NCBI GenBank assembly: GCA_026388185.1
Contig: JAPLKG010000014.1
Coordinates: 79,281 to 143,280 of the forward strand
Direction: 5' to 3'
Length of the DNA: 64,000 bases
From: Candidatus Eiseniibacteriota bacterium
GTDB lineage: Bacteria > Eisenbacteria > RBG-16-71-46 > JAFGJU01
Positions within the stretch are counted from its first letter, which is position 1. The number at the start of each line of letters is the position of its first letter. Positions 8,701 through 17,100 of the stretch are shown here, piece after piece. The translations under genes were made by a program, and so were the position numbers. The notes beneath the pieces are model-generated. The model saw nothing but the letters and a program-made list of their open reading frames with translations, was not told the origin of the DNA and did no database searches.

Positions 8701-9003
8701 ATGGAACGAAGAAATTGTTGGGAAGCGATGAAGTGCGGAAGGCCGCCGGGGGGTGAAAATGCAGAGAAACTTGGCGTATGCCCAGCGGCATTGCCCAATG
8801 AATATTTTGATGGTGTCAATAACGGCAAGCATTGCGGTAGGCTTTGCTGGGCGGTTGTGGGAACTCTCTGTGGAGGAAAAGTGCAGGGTACATATGTAGA
8901 GAAGCTTGGGGATTGTCTTCGCTGTGAGTTTCTAAAGCAGGTGAATGAAGATGAAGGTCGAAATTTCATTCTAACTTCCAAACAAGCTAAGGGTAAATCA
9001 TAG
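8701..9003 (+). CDS. small cysteine-rich protein (8 Cys, two Cys-Trp motifs)
   Basis: 100 aa; NCWEAMKCG, CGRLCWAVVGTLCGG, CLRCEF; good RBS AAAGGAGG 8 nt upstream; no signal peptide. Confidence 0.4.
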   Translation: MERRNCWEAMKCGRPPGGENAEKLGVCPAALPNEYFDGVNNGKHCGRLCWAVVGTLCGGKVQGTYVEKLGDCLRCEFLKQVNEDEGRNFILTSKQAKGKS

Positions 9004-9066
9004 AGCGAGGCATTACAAGGTGATGGGCATCGTCAGCCGCCAAAGCCCTCCTACGGAGATCGAAAA

Positions 9067-9585
9067 ATGAGACTTTCCACAACTGATTTGGAGATTGAAG
9101 TGCGCGCAGGAACGGTTGAAGACATCCCATTGCTAATGTCATTCATACGGTCAATGGCGGAATACGAGAAACTTCAGGTTACTGCAACAGAGCACATCCT
9201 TCAGGAGTCACTCTTTGGCGAGCACCCTGCCGCATATACTTTGCTTGCCTTTGTCGATGGCAGACCCGTTGCCTATGCTGTTTATTTCTTCACTTTTGCC
9301 ACTATGGCTGGAAAGCGCAGCCTCTGGCTGGATGACTTGTTCGTGACCCCGGACTTTCGCGGGAAAGGTATAGCCACGGCTTTGATGGCCTATTTGGCGG
9401 ATGTCGCGATTCAAAACAAGTGCGGCCGCTTTGAGTGGATGGTGCTTGAGTGGAACGAATCGGCCATTGGTTTCTACGAGAGGCTGGGCGCAAAGGTTCT
9501 CACAGAGTGGCGCATTCATCGCTTGGAGGAGGCTCAACTGCCGCGCGTTGCCAGCAAGTTGGCAATTGCCAAGGGCGGCGGCTAA
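9067..9585 (+). CDS. GNAT family N-acetyltransferase (SSAT/diamine acetyltransferase-like)
   Basis: MAGKRSLWLDDLFVTPDFRGKGIATAL acetyl-CoA binding Q/RxxGxG/A motif; 172 aa. Confidence 0.8.
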   Translation: MRLSTTDLEIEVRAGTVEDIPLLMSFIRSMAEYEKLQVTATEHILQESLFGEHPAAYTLLAFVDGRPVAYAVYFFTFATMAGKRSLWLDDLFVTPDFRGKGIATALMAYLADVAIQNKCGRFEWMVLEWNESAIGFYERLGAKVLTEWRIHRLEEAQLPRVASKLAIAKGGG

Positions 9586-9664
9586 CACGCGCTTTCACCC
9601 GACGTTGCTCCGCTGCGCCCCGCAAGGCGGGTGAAGCGCTGACGCTGGGTGACACGAAGACAAC

Positions 9665-10126
9665 ATGAAGATCAGGTCCATGACAGCATCAGATGAGCCG
9701 GCTGTCCGTGAAGTAGTCGCCGGACTCTCCGATTGGTTCGATGATGATGCCCGAACCAGATCAATTCCCGTCGACCTGAAGCATCACACGACCTTTGTTG
9801 CGGACAAAGGCGATGATGTAGTTGGGTTCATCGCGCTCCACGTCTACAACGGCAGACTGGATATCAGCTGGATGGGTGTACGAAACGATTACCGCGGCAA
9901 AGGAATCGGAACCCTGTTACTTCACCGAGCCGAGGAGCTTGGAAGAGCATGGGGATTGCGTGAGCTGACAACCTTCACCCTCGGCGATACCGTTGAGTAT
10001 GAACCCTATGAATCGACGAGGCGCTTTTATCTGAAGAACGGGTTCGAGGTTTACCAGAGGAATCAAACCGACAACCCGGGATGCCCTGAGGAGTGGAGAC
10101 TGAAGAAACAGATCGTCCAGCCATGA
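9665..10126 (+). CDS. GNAT family N-acetyltransferase
   Basis: VRNDYRGKGIGTLLLHRAEE motif; 153 aa. Confidence 0.8.
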   Translation: MKIRSMTASDEPAVREVVAGLSDWFDDDARTRSIPVDLKHHTTFVADKGDDVVGFIALHVYNGRLDISWMGVRNDYRGKGIGTLLLHRAEELGRAWGLRELTTFTLGDTVEYEPYESTRRFYLKNGFEVYQRNQTDNPGCPEEWRLKKQIVQP

Positions 10127-10178
10127 GGTGGAGTTTACGTTTTGCCCGTGGCGGGCAGAACGAAACTCACCTCTGACG

Positions 10179-10517
10179 TTAGGATGCTGTAGCTCTGTGT
10201 GGCAATGAGATGATCTTTGCTATCTCGCGGCTCGAAACTCCAAGAGCAAGGAGGGCCCGAATGAGCAAGTCCAATGTCACGGACGGGTCGCCGGCTTCCA
10301 TCTTGGCTACCCGGGACTGGCTGGACTTGACTAGGCGCGCCAATCCATGCTGGGTCAGACGTCTCCGCTGTCTTCGCGCCTTCAAATTGTTTGCAAGCCT
10401 TACCTTGAGCTCGACGTATGCAGCCTCCTTCGGGGAAAGCCCTAGGAACTCCGCAGCCGTGCCGAAGCGCCAGCCCTTTGACTCCAGGCGTTTTCTCTTT
10501 GACTCACGCATTGTCAT
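10179..10517 (-). CDS. higA: HigA-like XRE-family HTH antitoxin
   Basis: HTH segment RRLTQHGLARLVKSSQSRVAKMEAG; located immediately downstream of HigB-like toxin frames on same strand. Confidence 0.7.
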   Translation of the reverse strand: MTMRESKRKRLESKGWRFGTAAEFLGLSPKEAAYVELKVRLANNLKARRQRRRLTQHGLARLVKSSQSRVAKMEAGDPSVTLDLLIRALLALGVSSREIAKIISLPHRATAS

Positions 10518-10837
10518 AACTCCTAAGCCGACGTTTACACGTCTCTATAGCCTCCGTTGCGGTCCGAGATGTCTTCTTGTTGAAAACCTCCACGATAACG
10601 ATCGCATCTGGGTCGATTCGGTACATAACTCGCCAGGTCATACCTGCATCGTTGATCCGCAGCTCGTAACAACGCGGACCGATCAGGGGGCATGGGCCTC
10701 GCGTGCGGCAGGTGCAACATGTCTCCCTGCTGGAGCCTTCGCAGGAGATACCCCGCCTCAAGCCGCCCCTGTTTAGAAAAAGGGGGAGACTTGACTTCTC
10801 CGTGTACCCAGACTAGTGGTTTGACGTTCGCATTCAT
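10504..10837 (-). pseudogene. higB: HigB/Gp49-like RelE-fold toxin, frameshifted
   Basis: N-terminal half (MNANVKPLVWVHGEVKSPPFSKQGRLEAGYLLRRLQQGDMLHLPHARPMP) and C-terminal half (LIGPRCYELRINDAGMTWRVMYRIDPDAIVIVEVFNKKTSRTATEAIETCKRRLRSY) lie in different frames; removing one G from the G5 run at 10686-10690 restores a continuous HigB. Confidence 0.6.
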
Positions 10838-10845
10838 GCGATTAC

Positions 10846-10874
10846 AACATATATCGAATCTGACATATTGTCAA
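10846..10874 (-). promoter_or_regulatory. sigma70-type promoter with palindromic operator for higBA
   Basis: Minus strand TTGACA-N17-TATGTT ending 8 nt before higB ATG; -35 embedded in palindrome TGACAtatTGTCA (10861-10873). Confidence 0.5.
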
Positions 10875-10895
10875 GCTGTTTTAGTCGGTCGTATC

Positions 10896-10921
10896 CTAAC
10901 CCGCCGCTGCAGCTGGCCGCA
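10896..10921. repeat. 26-nt repeat CTAACCCGCCGCTGCAGCTGGCCGCA
   Basis: 24/26 identical to 8208..8233; lies between higB promoter and second CPBP gene. Confidence 0.6.
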
Positions 10922-11008
10922 GCCCGTCCTGGAGATGCAGTCCGTGCTGGCGGCATGTGCGACGGCTGAGCCATCATCGTCGGGCGGCCCACTCTGGAGG
11001 TATTCACA

Positions 11009-11830
11009 GTGACATCACCTTTCTCTGAGTGGATGAGACGACATCCAGTAATTTCCTTCTACGTGTTGGCTTTCGTCATCTCGTGGTTGGGTTGGGTCCC
11101 GCAGGCCGCGTATTCGCGCGGTCTCTTTCCAATCCAAAGCCCGCTCTTCATTTTGCTTGGCGGTGGCGGACCGACCTTCGCAGCACTCATTGTTACACTA
11201 GTCTTGGCCGGGAAACGTGGCGTTCGAGAGTTGTTCGCGCCATTACTCCGGTGGCGAGTTAGCGTTGTTTGGTATTGCGTCGCGCTATTCTGGCAGCCTG
11301 TGATTCTGCTTGCCGTAGTCGGCCTGGATATGTTCCTAGGCAAGCCAACGCCTGACTTCGGATTGGTCGGCCCGTGGTTTATCGTCTTATCCATGTTTCT
11401 GACCTACTTGCTGTTCAACTTATGGGAGGAAGTGGGCTGGCGCGGGTTTGCATTACCGAGGTTACAAGCTCGCCACAGCGCGCTCCTCTCCAGTCTGATC
11501 ATTGGTGTCTTGTGGGGCTTGTGGCATTTGCCGCTTTTCCTGGATAGGAGCAATCCGATGTCCACTTTCCCCTTCCCTGCGTGGTTTATCGGAACCGTTG
11601 CCTCCGCAGTCTTATACACATGGCTCTACAACAATGCGAAAGGCAGTTTGCTCATCGTCAGTCTGTTCCACGCCGCGGGGAATACAGCCACCGCCGCGAT
11701 TTTTGTAGCTTTCGGTCGCGTTATTTCTGTCCAGGATTTTCTCTTAGTGACTGGAATGACCTGCCTCGCGGCCATCATAATCGTCGCCGTGTTCGGACCA
11801 GCACGCCTTTCGCGACAAACGGTTCCTTGA
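11009..11830 (+). CDS. CPBP-family intramembrane metalloprotease (paralog of 7070..7897)
   Basis: WEEVGWRGFALP, LWGLWHLPLF, FHAAGN motifs; shared LRWRV...WY and GGGGPT segments with first CPBP. Confidence 0.8.
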   Translation: MTSPFSEWMRRHPVISFYVLAFVISWLGWVPQAAYSRGLFPIQSPLFILLGGGGPTFAALIVTLVLAGKRGVRELFAPLLRWRVSVVWYCVALFWQPVILLAVVGLDMFLGKPTPDFGLVGPWFIVLSMFLTYLLFNLWEEVGWRGFALPRLQARHSALLSSLIIGVLWGLWHLPLFLDRSNPMSTFPFPAWFIGTVASAVLYTWLYNNAKGSLLIVSLFHAAGNTATAAIFVAFGRVISVQDFLLVTGMTCLAAIIIVAVFGPARLSRQTVP

Positions 11831-11963
11831 CATGGACTCGTCCTGGAACAGCAAGATGCTTTGTGCGCTCAAGTGGTGGGGTATACTATCCAGCTTTTCT
11901 CCCTTTCAAGCTGCTCAAAAACCGTGAACCGGTCAGTTTGACTATTGAAGCAGGAGGAAGGAT

Positions 11964-12203
11964 TTGAAAAAGGTTTTCACGAGTATAAACCCAATGGAAT
12001 GCAGTTTTCGTAAGACAATCCTAGAATCTCATGGTATCCGGTGTATGATTAAGAACGAGTTACTCTCACCGCTAGGGGGCGCAATACCGGCACCAGAGGT
12101 ATGGCCCGAACTGTGGATTCTTGCTGACGAGAGAATTGAAGAAGCAATTCAGCTTCTTGATGTCGAAGAACAAGACAAAGGCTCTTCTACCGAATGTAAA
12201 TAG
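11964..12203 (+). CDS. DUF2007-type small putative signalling protein
   Basis: MKKVFTSINPMECSFRKTILESHGIRCMIKNE... matches DUF2007 family pattern (MKKvyta.n..ea...k..Le..GI); TTG start with AGGAGG RBS. Confidence 0.6.
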   Translation: MKKVFTSINPMECSFRKTILESHGIRCMIKNELLSPLGGAIPAPEVWPELWILADERIEEAIQLLDVEEQDKGSSTECK

Positions 12204-12341
12204 AAGCCGTCTAGCGATGCGCTCGACCAGCCCGACTGCTCCGCATTGAGAGAAGGCGTTGTGGTCATCGGCTGTATTGCTCCGCAGTCGACAGGTGAGC
12301 GCCACACCGTTGGGCTGTCTAACACGTTTGGAGATGAAACC

Positions 12342-12977
12342 ATGAGACCGCTTGCTCTGATGTGCTTTGTGTGCAGGATATGGGTGCTTGTGATAGTGCT
12401 GGTTCCGATGTTGGCTGGCTGTGGAGACGACGACACCGTGAAGCCCTCGGGGGGAACCAACGGTTCACTTGTCTTCACGCGGGAGAATGGATCCGTGGTG
12501 GAATTCTCAGCCGCCGCGGAAACGTTCGTATGGTGCGGCCCCTGGGAGACCGATCTCGTTCCGGTCCCCTCGTTGCATGTGTGGTTCGGGAGTCTAGAGC
12601 AGCCGGAAGGCTGGGTGCTCCGGGCAGTCGTACGTGACATAGAGATCGGGGACACTCTGCGCTTTCCGAACTACTTCGTCTGGGACCAACCGGACAGCGT
12701 GCACCTATTCCTCCTGGATCTCCCGAATGAGCTAGCCACGGACACGGAGGAATCCGGCGGCTTTATTGTGTTTCACCACCTGCCCTGCTCAGGCGGGATG
12801 ATCGTTGATTTCTCGATCGACGCCGTCATGGGCAGTGAGTACTGGGACATGCCGCCGGTCACAGTGCGTGGCCGGTTCACCGCACGGGTCACCGGCCCTC
12901 TCCCGGCCGGCGCCCAACCCCCCGGGCTGGGAGGTCTACATCGAACGAAGCATGGCCCGATTGTTTCCAGACGATGA
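12342..12977 (+). CDS. lipoprotein, hypothetical
   Basis: Signal peptide with lipobox VPMLAG|C; ATG at 12342 has GGAGA RBS (track ORF starts earlier at 12246). Confidence 0.45.
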   Translation: MRPLALMCFVCRIWVLVIVLVPMLAGCGDDDTVKPSGGTNGSLVFTRENGSVVEFSAAAETFVWCGPWETDLVPVPSLHVWFGSLEQPEGWVLRAVVRDIEIGDTLRFPNYFVWDQPDSVHLFLLDLPNELATDTEESGGFIVFHHLPCSGGMIVDFSIDAVMGSEYWDMPPVTVRGRFTARVTGPLPAGAQPPGLGGLHRTKHGPIVSRR

Positions 12978-13771
12978 AGGACCAGAGGACGACCATGTAC
13001 GACCAGAATGTTCACTCTCAGCTGCCCCCCTTTGACCTTCTCGTTGAGGTTTCGCCGGGTGAGGGCTGTTTCGCACACGTCCCGGCGCTCCCAGGCCTGT
13101 GCTTTCGCGCTAATGACCCGGAAGGGGCGGAAGGCATTGCACCGGGGCAGATCGCCAGGTACTCACGATGGCTCCTTGCTGAGGATCTAGTTGACCTCAA
13201 CTCAGAGGCTGCCGCACTCGTGCGCCGTGCGCGCATCGGTGACTTCACGGGTGTTCGGGTTGTCGAGACGGAACGTCGAGACGGCTCGCCTCTCTGGATT
13301 TCCGGGAATCCGGCCGTTCTATTCGACCACGATCGCCATCCGCTGGACGACACTGCTGTTGCCGCACATCTCCGCTTTGCACGTCAGGTTGTGAAGCGCA
13401 TTCGAGTGATGGTCGCCGCTCTGTCCCCAGACCAACGTGAGCATAAGCCCACGGTCCAGTATCGTTCTGTGAACGAGACATTGACCCACATCGGCAACTG
13501 TGTCTGGTGGTATTGTTCACGCGTTGACGATGGGTTGCCGGAGCCTGATGCGCGAGCCGAGGAGACGCCGATGGCTCGCATCGAACGCCTGCTCGAGGCT
13601 GCAGGGGAATACCTGCTTGCGGTCCCGCTACAGGCGCGCACGACCGTTCACGTCCCAACCAGGTTTCTGACGAAAGATCCCCGTGAGGCCTGGACCCACA
13701 CAAAGGTGTGTCGCCGCCAAGCAGAGCACATGTGGGAGCACTTGCAGACGCTCGGACAAGCCATATGTTGA
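12974..13771 (+). CDS. HicB-like N-terminal domain / DinB_2-like C-terminal domain protein
   Basis: N-term FDLLVEVSPGEGCFAHVPALPGLCFRANDPEGA resembles HicB/UPF0150 core (GGY.A.VPeLPGC); C-term helical domain with His residues (DinB/YfiT-like); 4-bp overlap with upstream gene. Confidence 0.4.
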   Translation: MKDQRTTMYDQNVHSQLPPFDLLVEVSPGEGCFAHVPALPGLCFRANDPEGAEGIAPGQIARYSRWLLAEDLVDLNSEAAALVRRARIGDFTGVRVVETERRDGSPLWISGNPAVLFDHDRHPLDDTAVAAHLRFARQVVKRIRVMVAALSPDQREHKPTVQYRSVNETLTHIGNCVWWYCSRVDDGLPEPDARAEETPMARIERLLEAAGEYLLAVPLQARTTVHVPTRFLTKDPREAWTHTKVCRRQAEHMWEHLQTLGQAIC

Positions 13772-13989
13772 CCTATCAACCCGCCAGCCCCGAACAGGCG
13801 GAGGAATTCCTGCAATTATTGCGCATCGACGCAGCCGACTATCTCGAGCGCACCGCACAACTCATGCAGATGACCTGGTCACAGTTTGCCGAACTCGTTA
13901 AGACAGTGGGACGAGTCTGCGGCGTCTATCAGGATGGTGCATTGGTCGGGTTTTACTGGATCGAAGAGCGCGGCAAAGTGGTACACTAA
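13767..13989 (+). CDS. small hypothetical protein
   Basis: ATGTTGA start/stop overlap with upstream gene suggests translational coupling; 74 aa. Confidence 0.3.
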
Positions 13990-14041
13990 AGCGGCCGGCC
14001 GGTGAGGCGTAACCGGCCATAACTTCGGGAGAGATCACGTT

Positions 14042-14245
14042 ATGAGCGAGAACATGATCTACAAGCTGTACCTCATTATCTCCGGGGCTATTTTCTTTTT
14101 CGTTGGGACGTTCCACCTCCTCAGGCTCATCTATCACTGGCCTATCGCGGTTGGAACGCGAACAATCCCATACGAACTGTCCTACGTTGGGTTCCCAGTC
14201 GCAATCGGGTACGCGATCTGTGCCTATTGGCTCTTTCGGAAGTAA
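14042..14245 (+). CDS. small membrane protein (2 TM)
   Basis: 67 aa, two hydrophobic helices; AT-richer codon usage. Confidence 0.35.
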   Translation: MSENMIYKLYLIISGAIFFFVGTFHLLRLIYHWPIAVGTRTIPYELSYVGFPVAIGYAICAYWLFRK

Positions 14246-14300
14246 GGTAGTGTTGTCATGGTGTGGACACGATGCGAGCAAGTAGCGTTGGAGGTCCTTC

Positions 14301-14636
14301 ATGTTTTGTCCAGAATGTAGAGCAGAATATCGCGAAGGATTCCTCAGGTGTACGGACTGCGATGTCGATCTGGTCGCCGAGCTACCGCCTGAACCCGAAC
14401 CCGAGTTTGTGGATTACGAAGAGATCCTGGCCACTTATAGTCATGGCGACATCGCCCTGATAAAGAGTATTCTAGATGGTGAGGACATAGACTATTTCTT
14501 CAAGGGAGAGTATTTTGCTTACGTGAACCCGCTTGCCGATCCTGTCAGATTGATGGTAAGGAAGGACCAAGTGGAGGATGTTAGGAATATTCTGAAGGAC
14601 CTGAAACTGTCGTATTTTGGGTGTCAACCCGGATAG
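14301..14636 (+). CDS. zinc-ribbon + DUF2007-type protein
   Basis: N-terminal CPEC...CTDC zinc ribbon, then DUF2007-like core (ILATYSHGDIALIKSILDGEDIDYF...). Confidence 0.5.
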   Translation: MFCPECRAEYREGFLRCTDCDVDLVAELPPEPEPEFVDYEEILATYSHGDIALIKSILDGEDIDYFFKGEYFAYVNPLADPVRLMVRKDQVEDVRNILKDLKLSYFGCQPG

Positions 14637-14682
14637 GCGTTCCTAGGAAGGCGCGCAACAAGATCTTTCAAGGATCAACGGA

Positions 14683-15063
14683 TTGGAGGAATCCATGAAC
14701 ACCAACGCTTCGACGGTCGAAATCCCTCGAAACGCAAGACAATGGGCCATGATATGCCACTTGAGTGCGCTGTCTGGTCTGCTGGGAAACGGCATCGGCT
14801 TTCTCCTGGGCCCCCTGATTGTATGGCTGATCAAGAGAGAGGACCATCCCTTCATCAATAAGCAAGGCAAGGAAGCGGTGAACTTTCAGATCACCATGTT
14901 CATTGTTCTCTTCATATCTGCGATATTATGCCTTCTCTTGATAGGCTTCGCGTTTCTGATTGTCGTTGCTTTCCTGATGACCATATTCCCGATTATTGCG
15001 GCGGTTCGTTCTAACAACGGGGAGGACTACAAATACCCAGTTTCGTTGCGTTTCATAAAATAG
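14683..15063 (+). CDS. DUF4870 family membrane protein
   Basis: WAMICHLSALSGLLGNGIGFLLGPLIVWLIKREDHPFINKQGKEAVNFQIT ... RSNNGEDYKYPVSLRFIK matches DUF4870 consensus. Confidence 0.65.
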   Translation: MEESMNTNASTVEIPRNARQWAMICHLSALSGLLGNGIGFLLGPLIVWLIKREDHPFINKQGKEAVNFQITMFIVLFISAILCLLLIGFAFLIVVAFLMTIFPIIAAVRSNNGEDYKYPVSLRFIK

Positions 15064-15165
15064 CCCGCATCCGGTGGATCCGAGTCGTCCTGACCGGTAT
15101 CGCGGCTGAGAGCTGCGGCATGCCGACTTGGCTTCGACGCGTGGCGTGTCGGGGGGAAACAGAGA

Positions 15166-17064
15166 ATGAGACATCCGAGACTCGTTGTGCCCCTTCTAGT
15201 ACTGTCGTTGATCCTCGTTGTGCTGGCGGCGTGGCCGCGCCTCATCAATTCCATGCTCCCGCCCGACAGTCGCCCAGGCAAGATTGATTTCGTCGTGGAA
15301 AGAGTGACCGCGGAAGAATTTGGCGCCCTCGCCGAGCAGTTGACGCAGCAGTATTCCACGCCGTTCAATCACATAGAGCGATTCAAGAAAGCGCGAATCC
15401 TTTCTTACGAAGGGCCCAAGACTTGCTTGAAGTGTCACTGGGTCATCACCGTGAAGGACGCCGTGACCGGCCAAGAGAAGAAGGTCAGCCTGATGAAGAA
15501 CTTGCTGACCTCGGCCCACTACCGCTTTTTCACCAAGCGACACCCCAACGTCTACGGGTTCAACGGTGTGCTTGCCGATAATTTCCCGATGGGAAAGATC
15601 GATCGTCCGTGTCCCAAACCCGGTTCCTTTGCGATGACTGCGTGGGTCGAACTTGTCAACACCAAAGACGGCAGGACGTATTCTGAGGGGTGCGGTCAAT
15701 GTCACATCGGCGGCCAATACCAGGCGCCGCTCGGAGAGATCATGCCGGGTTATCGCACGCTTCGCGCAGAGAAGGACGCGATCGACTGCCTCGTATGCCA
15801 CGCAGTGGCATACGACATGAACAAGAAGCAGGTGGTTACCGACAAGAACGGCCGCTTGAGGTGGGGACAAGATCGTTCCATGAGAGCCGCCATGTCGGTC
15901 ACCACGCCCACTGCGCAGAACTGCCTGCGCTGCCACCAACACAACTTCGGGGGCGACGTCTATGTTGACTCGCTGGGTGCCCCATACATGCAGAGCTCGC
16001 TAAACCTCGGGGCAGAGCGCCCGAGGATTCGGCATCCGGGCTCGAAGAGAGGAACCCCCTATTCCCCTTCGTGGGACGTCCATGCGGCAGGAGGCATCTC
16101 TTGTGTTGACTGCCACGCGACGGAAGGGCATTTGATCGCCAAGGGGACTCATACCACGACTATGATGGCAAACGATCTTCCGAACGTGGAGGTGACGTGC
16201 GAGAAGTGTCACTCCGATGAGCCTCACCGGGGCGGTGTCGATGTGGATGCGAACACGGCCGAGTTCTTGAACGCGCATACGGAAAAGGTTGCTTGCCAGA
16301 CTTGTCATATTCCGTCACTAAATTCTGACAACGTCACAATGAGAGATTTCTCTACGCCCCTCTTCGAGAAAGAGCCTGGAATCTACATCTACGACGACGT
16401 CGTCAAGGAAACCGGGCCTGGAAGGGGCATCGTCTACGCGTGGTGGAACGGAGACGGTTCATTCCTGGGTAATCCCATAGGCGACAATCCCAACGGAAGG
16501 AACCTCTACAGATTCTACAAACCCACCAATGTCTGGCCTGAGTACAAGAAATTCGACTACCGTGCATGGTACGAACGAGTGATGCGACCGATCGCTCAGA
16601 AGGGCAGAAAATCCAAGCTCTATGCAATGAAGCTATACAACGGTAAGCAGCACATCGACCTTCAGAACATCACACCCTTCGGTGGAATGTTCGTTCCATA
16701 CAATTTCCCCACCTATTACGCAACCGGCGACGCCAATCTTGCCGCACAGAAAGAGATGCAGAAAAGCACGATGAAAATGATGTACGGCTGGATGTTCGAC
16801 TTCTATCTGATGAACAAGTTCATGACCTTCATGGGCGCCAAAGGTTGGAACGCGTCGTCGTACAAAGACGTCCTCAGCATGAGAAAAGTGGAGCCCCGCT
16901 GGCTCCCCAACAATGCGTCCATGGAAATAGATCACGCAATTAGGCGTGAAGGCGCCCTTTCCTGCTCGAATTGCCACAATCCCAATGGAGTGCTAGACTG
17001 GAAGGATCTCGGCTACACTGAGGATGAGATTCAGGCGTTGACCATAAATCCGCTGGAACAATGA
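15166..17064 (+). CDS. membrane-anchored octaheme c-type cytochrome (NrfA/HAO/OTR/ONR superfamily)
   Basis: Eight CxxCH motifs (CLKCH, CGQCH, CLVCH, CLRCH, CVDCH, CEKCH, CQTCH, CSNCH); N-terminal TM/signal anchor; 632 aa. Confidence 0.8.
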   Translation: MRHPRLVVPLLVLSLILVVLAAWPRLINSMLPPDSRPGKIDFVVERVTAEEFGALAEQLTQQYSTPFNHIERFKKARILSYEGPKTCLKCHWVITVKDAVTGQEKKVSLMKNLLTSAHYRFFTKRHPNVYGFNGVLADNFPMGKIDRPCPKPGSFAMTAWVELVNTKDGRTYSEGCGQCHIGGQYQAPLGEIMPGYRTLRAEKDAIDCLVCHAVAYDMNKKQVVTDKNGRLRWGQDRSMRAAMSVTTPTAQNCLRCHQHNFGGDVYVDSLGAPYMQSSLNLGAERPRIRHPGSKRGTPYSPSWDVHAAGGISCVDCHATEGHLIAKGTHTTTMMANDLPNVEVTCEKCHSDEPHRGGVDVDANTAEFLNAHTEKVACQTCHIPSLNSDNVTMRDFSTPLFEKEPGIYIYDDVVKETGPGRGIVYAWWNGDGSFLGNPIGDNPNGRNLYRFYKPTNVWPEYKKFDYRAWYERVMRPIAQKGRKSKLYAMKLYNGKQHIDLQNITPFGGMFVPYNFPTYYATGDANLAAQKEMQKSTMKMMYGWMFDFYLMNKFMTFMGAKGWNASSYKDVLSMRKVEPRWLPNNASMEIDHAIRREGALSCSNCHNPNGVLDWKDLGYTEDEIQALTINPLEQ

Positions 17065-17100
17065 TGGAGAACGCCTTGTCTCTGCAAAATCGGAGGGTTT

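Noticed and set aside
8701-9003. Cys-rich small protein as a RiPP precursor
   Set aside because: No radical SAM, YcaO, lanthipeptide or peptidase/transporter genes in the neighbourhood. The two GNATs are ordinary SSAT-like enzymes. Kept only as an uncharacterised Cys-rich protein.
9067-9585. 172-aa GNAT as a TacT/AtaT-like acetyltransferase toxin paired with the upstream Phd or Cys-rich gene
   Set aside because: Sequence resembles spermidine/diamine acetyltransferases rather than tRNA-acetylating toxins, and there is no DUF1778/RHH antitoxin directly upstream.
1-14700. Calling the toxin-antitoxin-dense island a defined mobile element (ICE/prophage/transposon)
   Set aside because: No integrase, transposase, relaxase or phage structural genes, and no flanking tRNA or long direct repeats. 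Only the short GC-rich repeat family and compositional patches were seen, so mobility is not supported beyond an accessory-island description.
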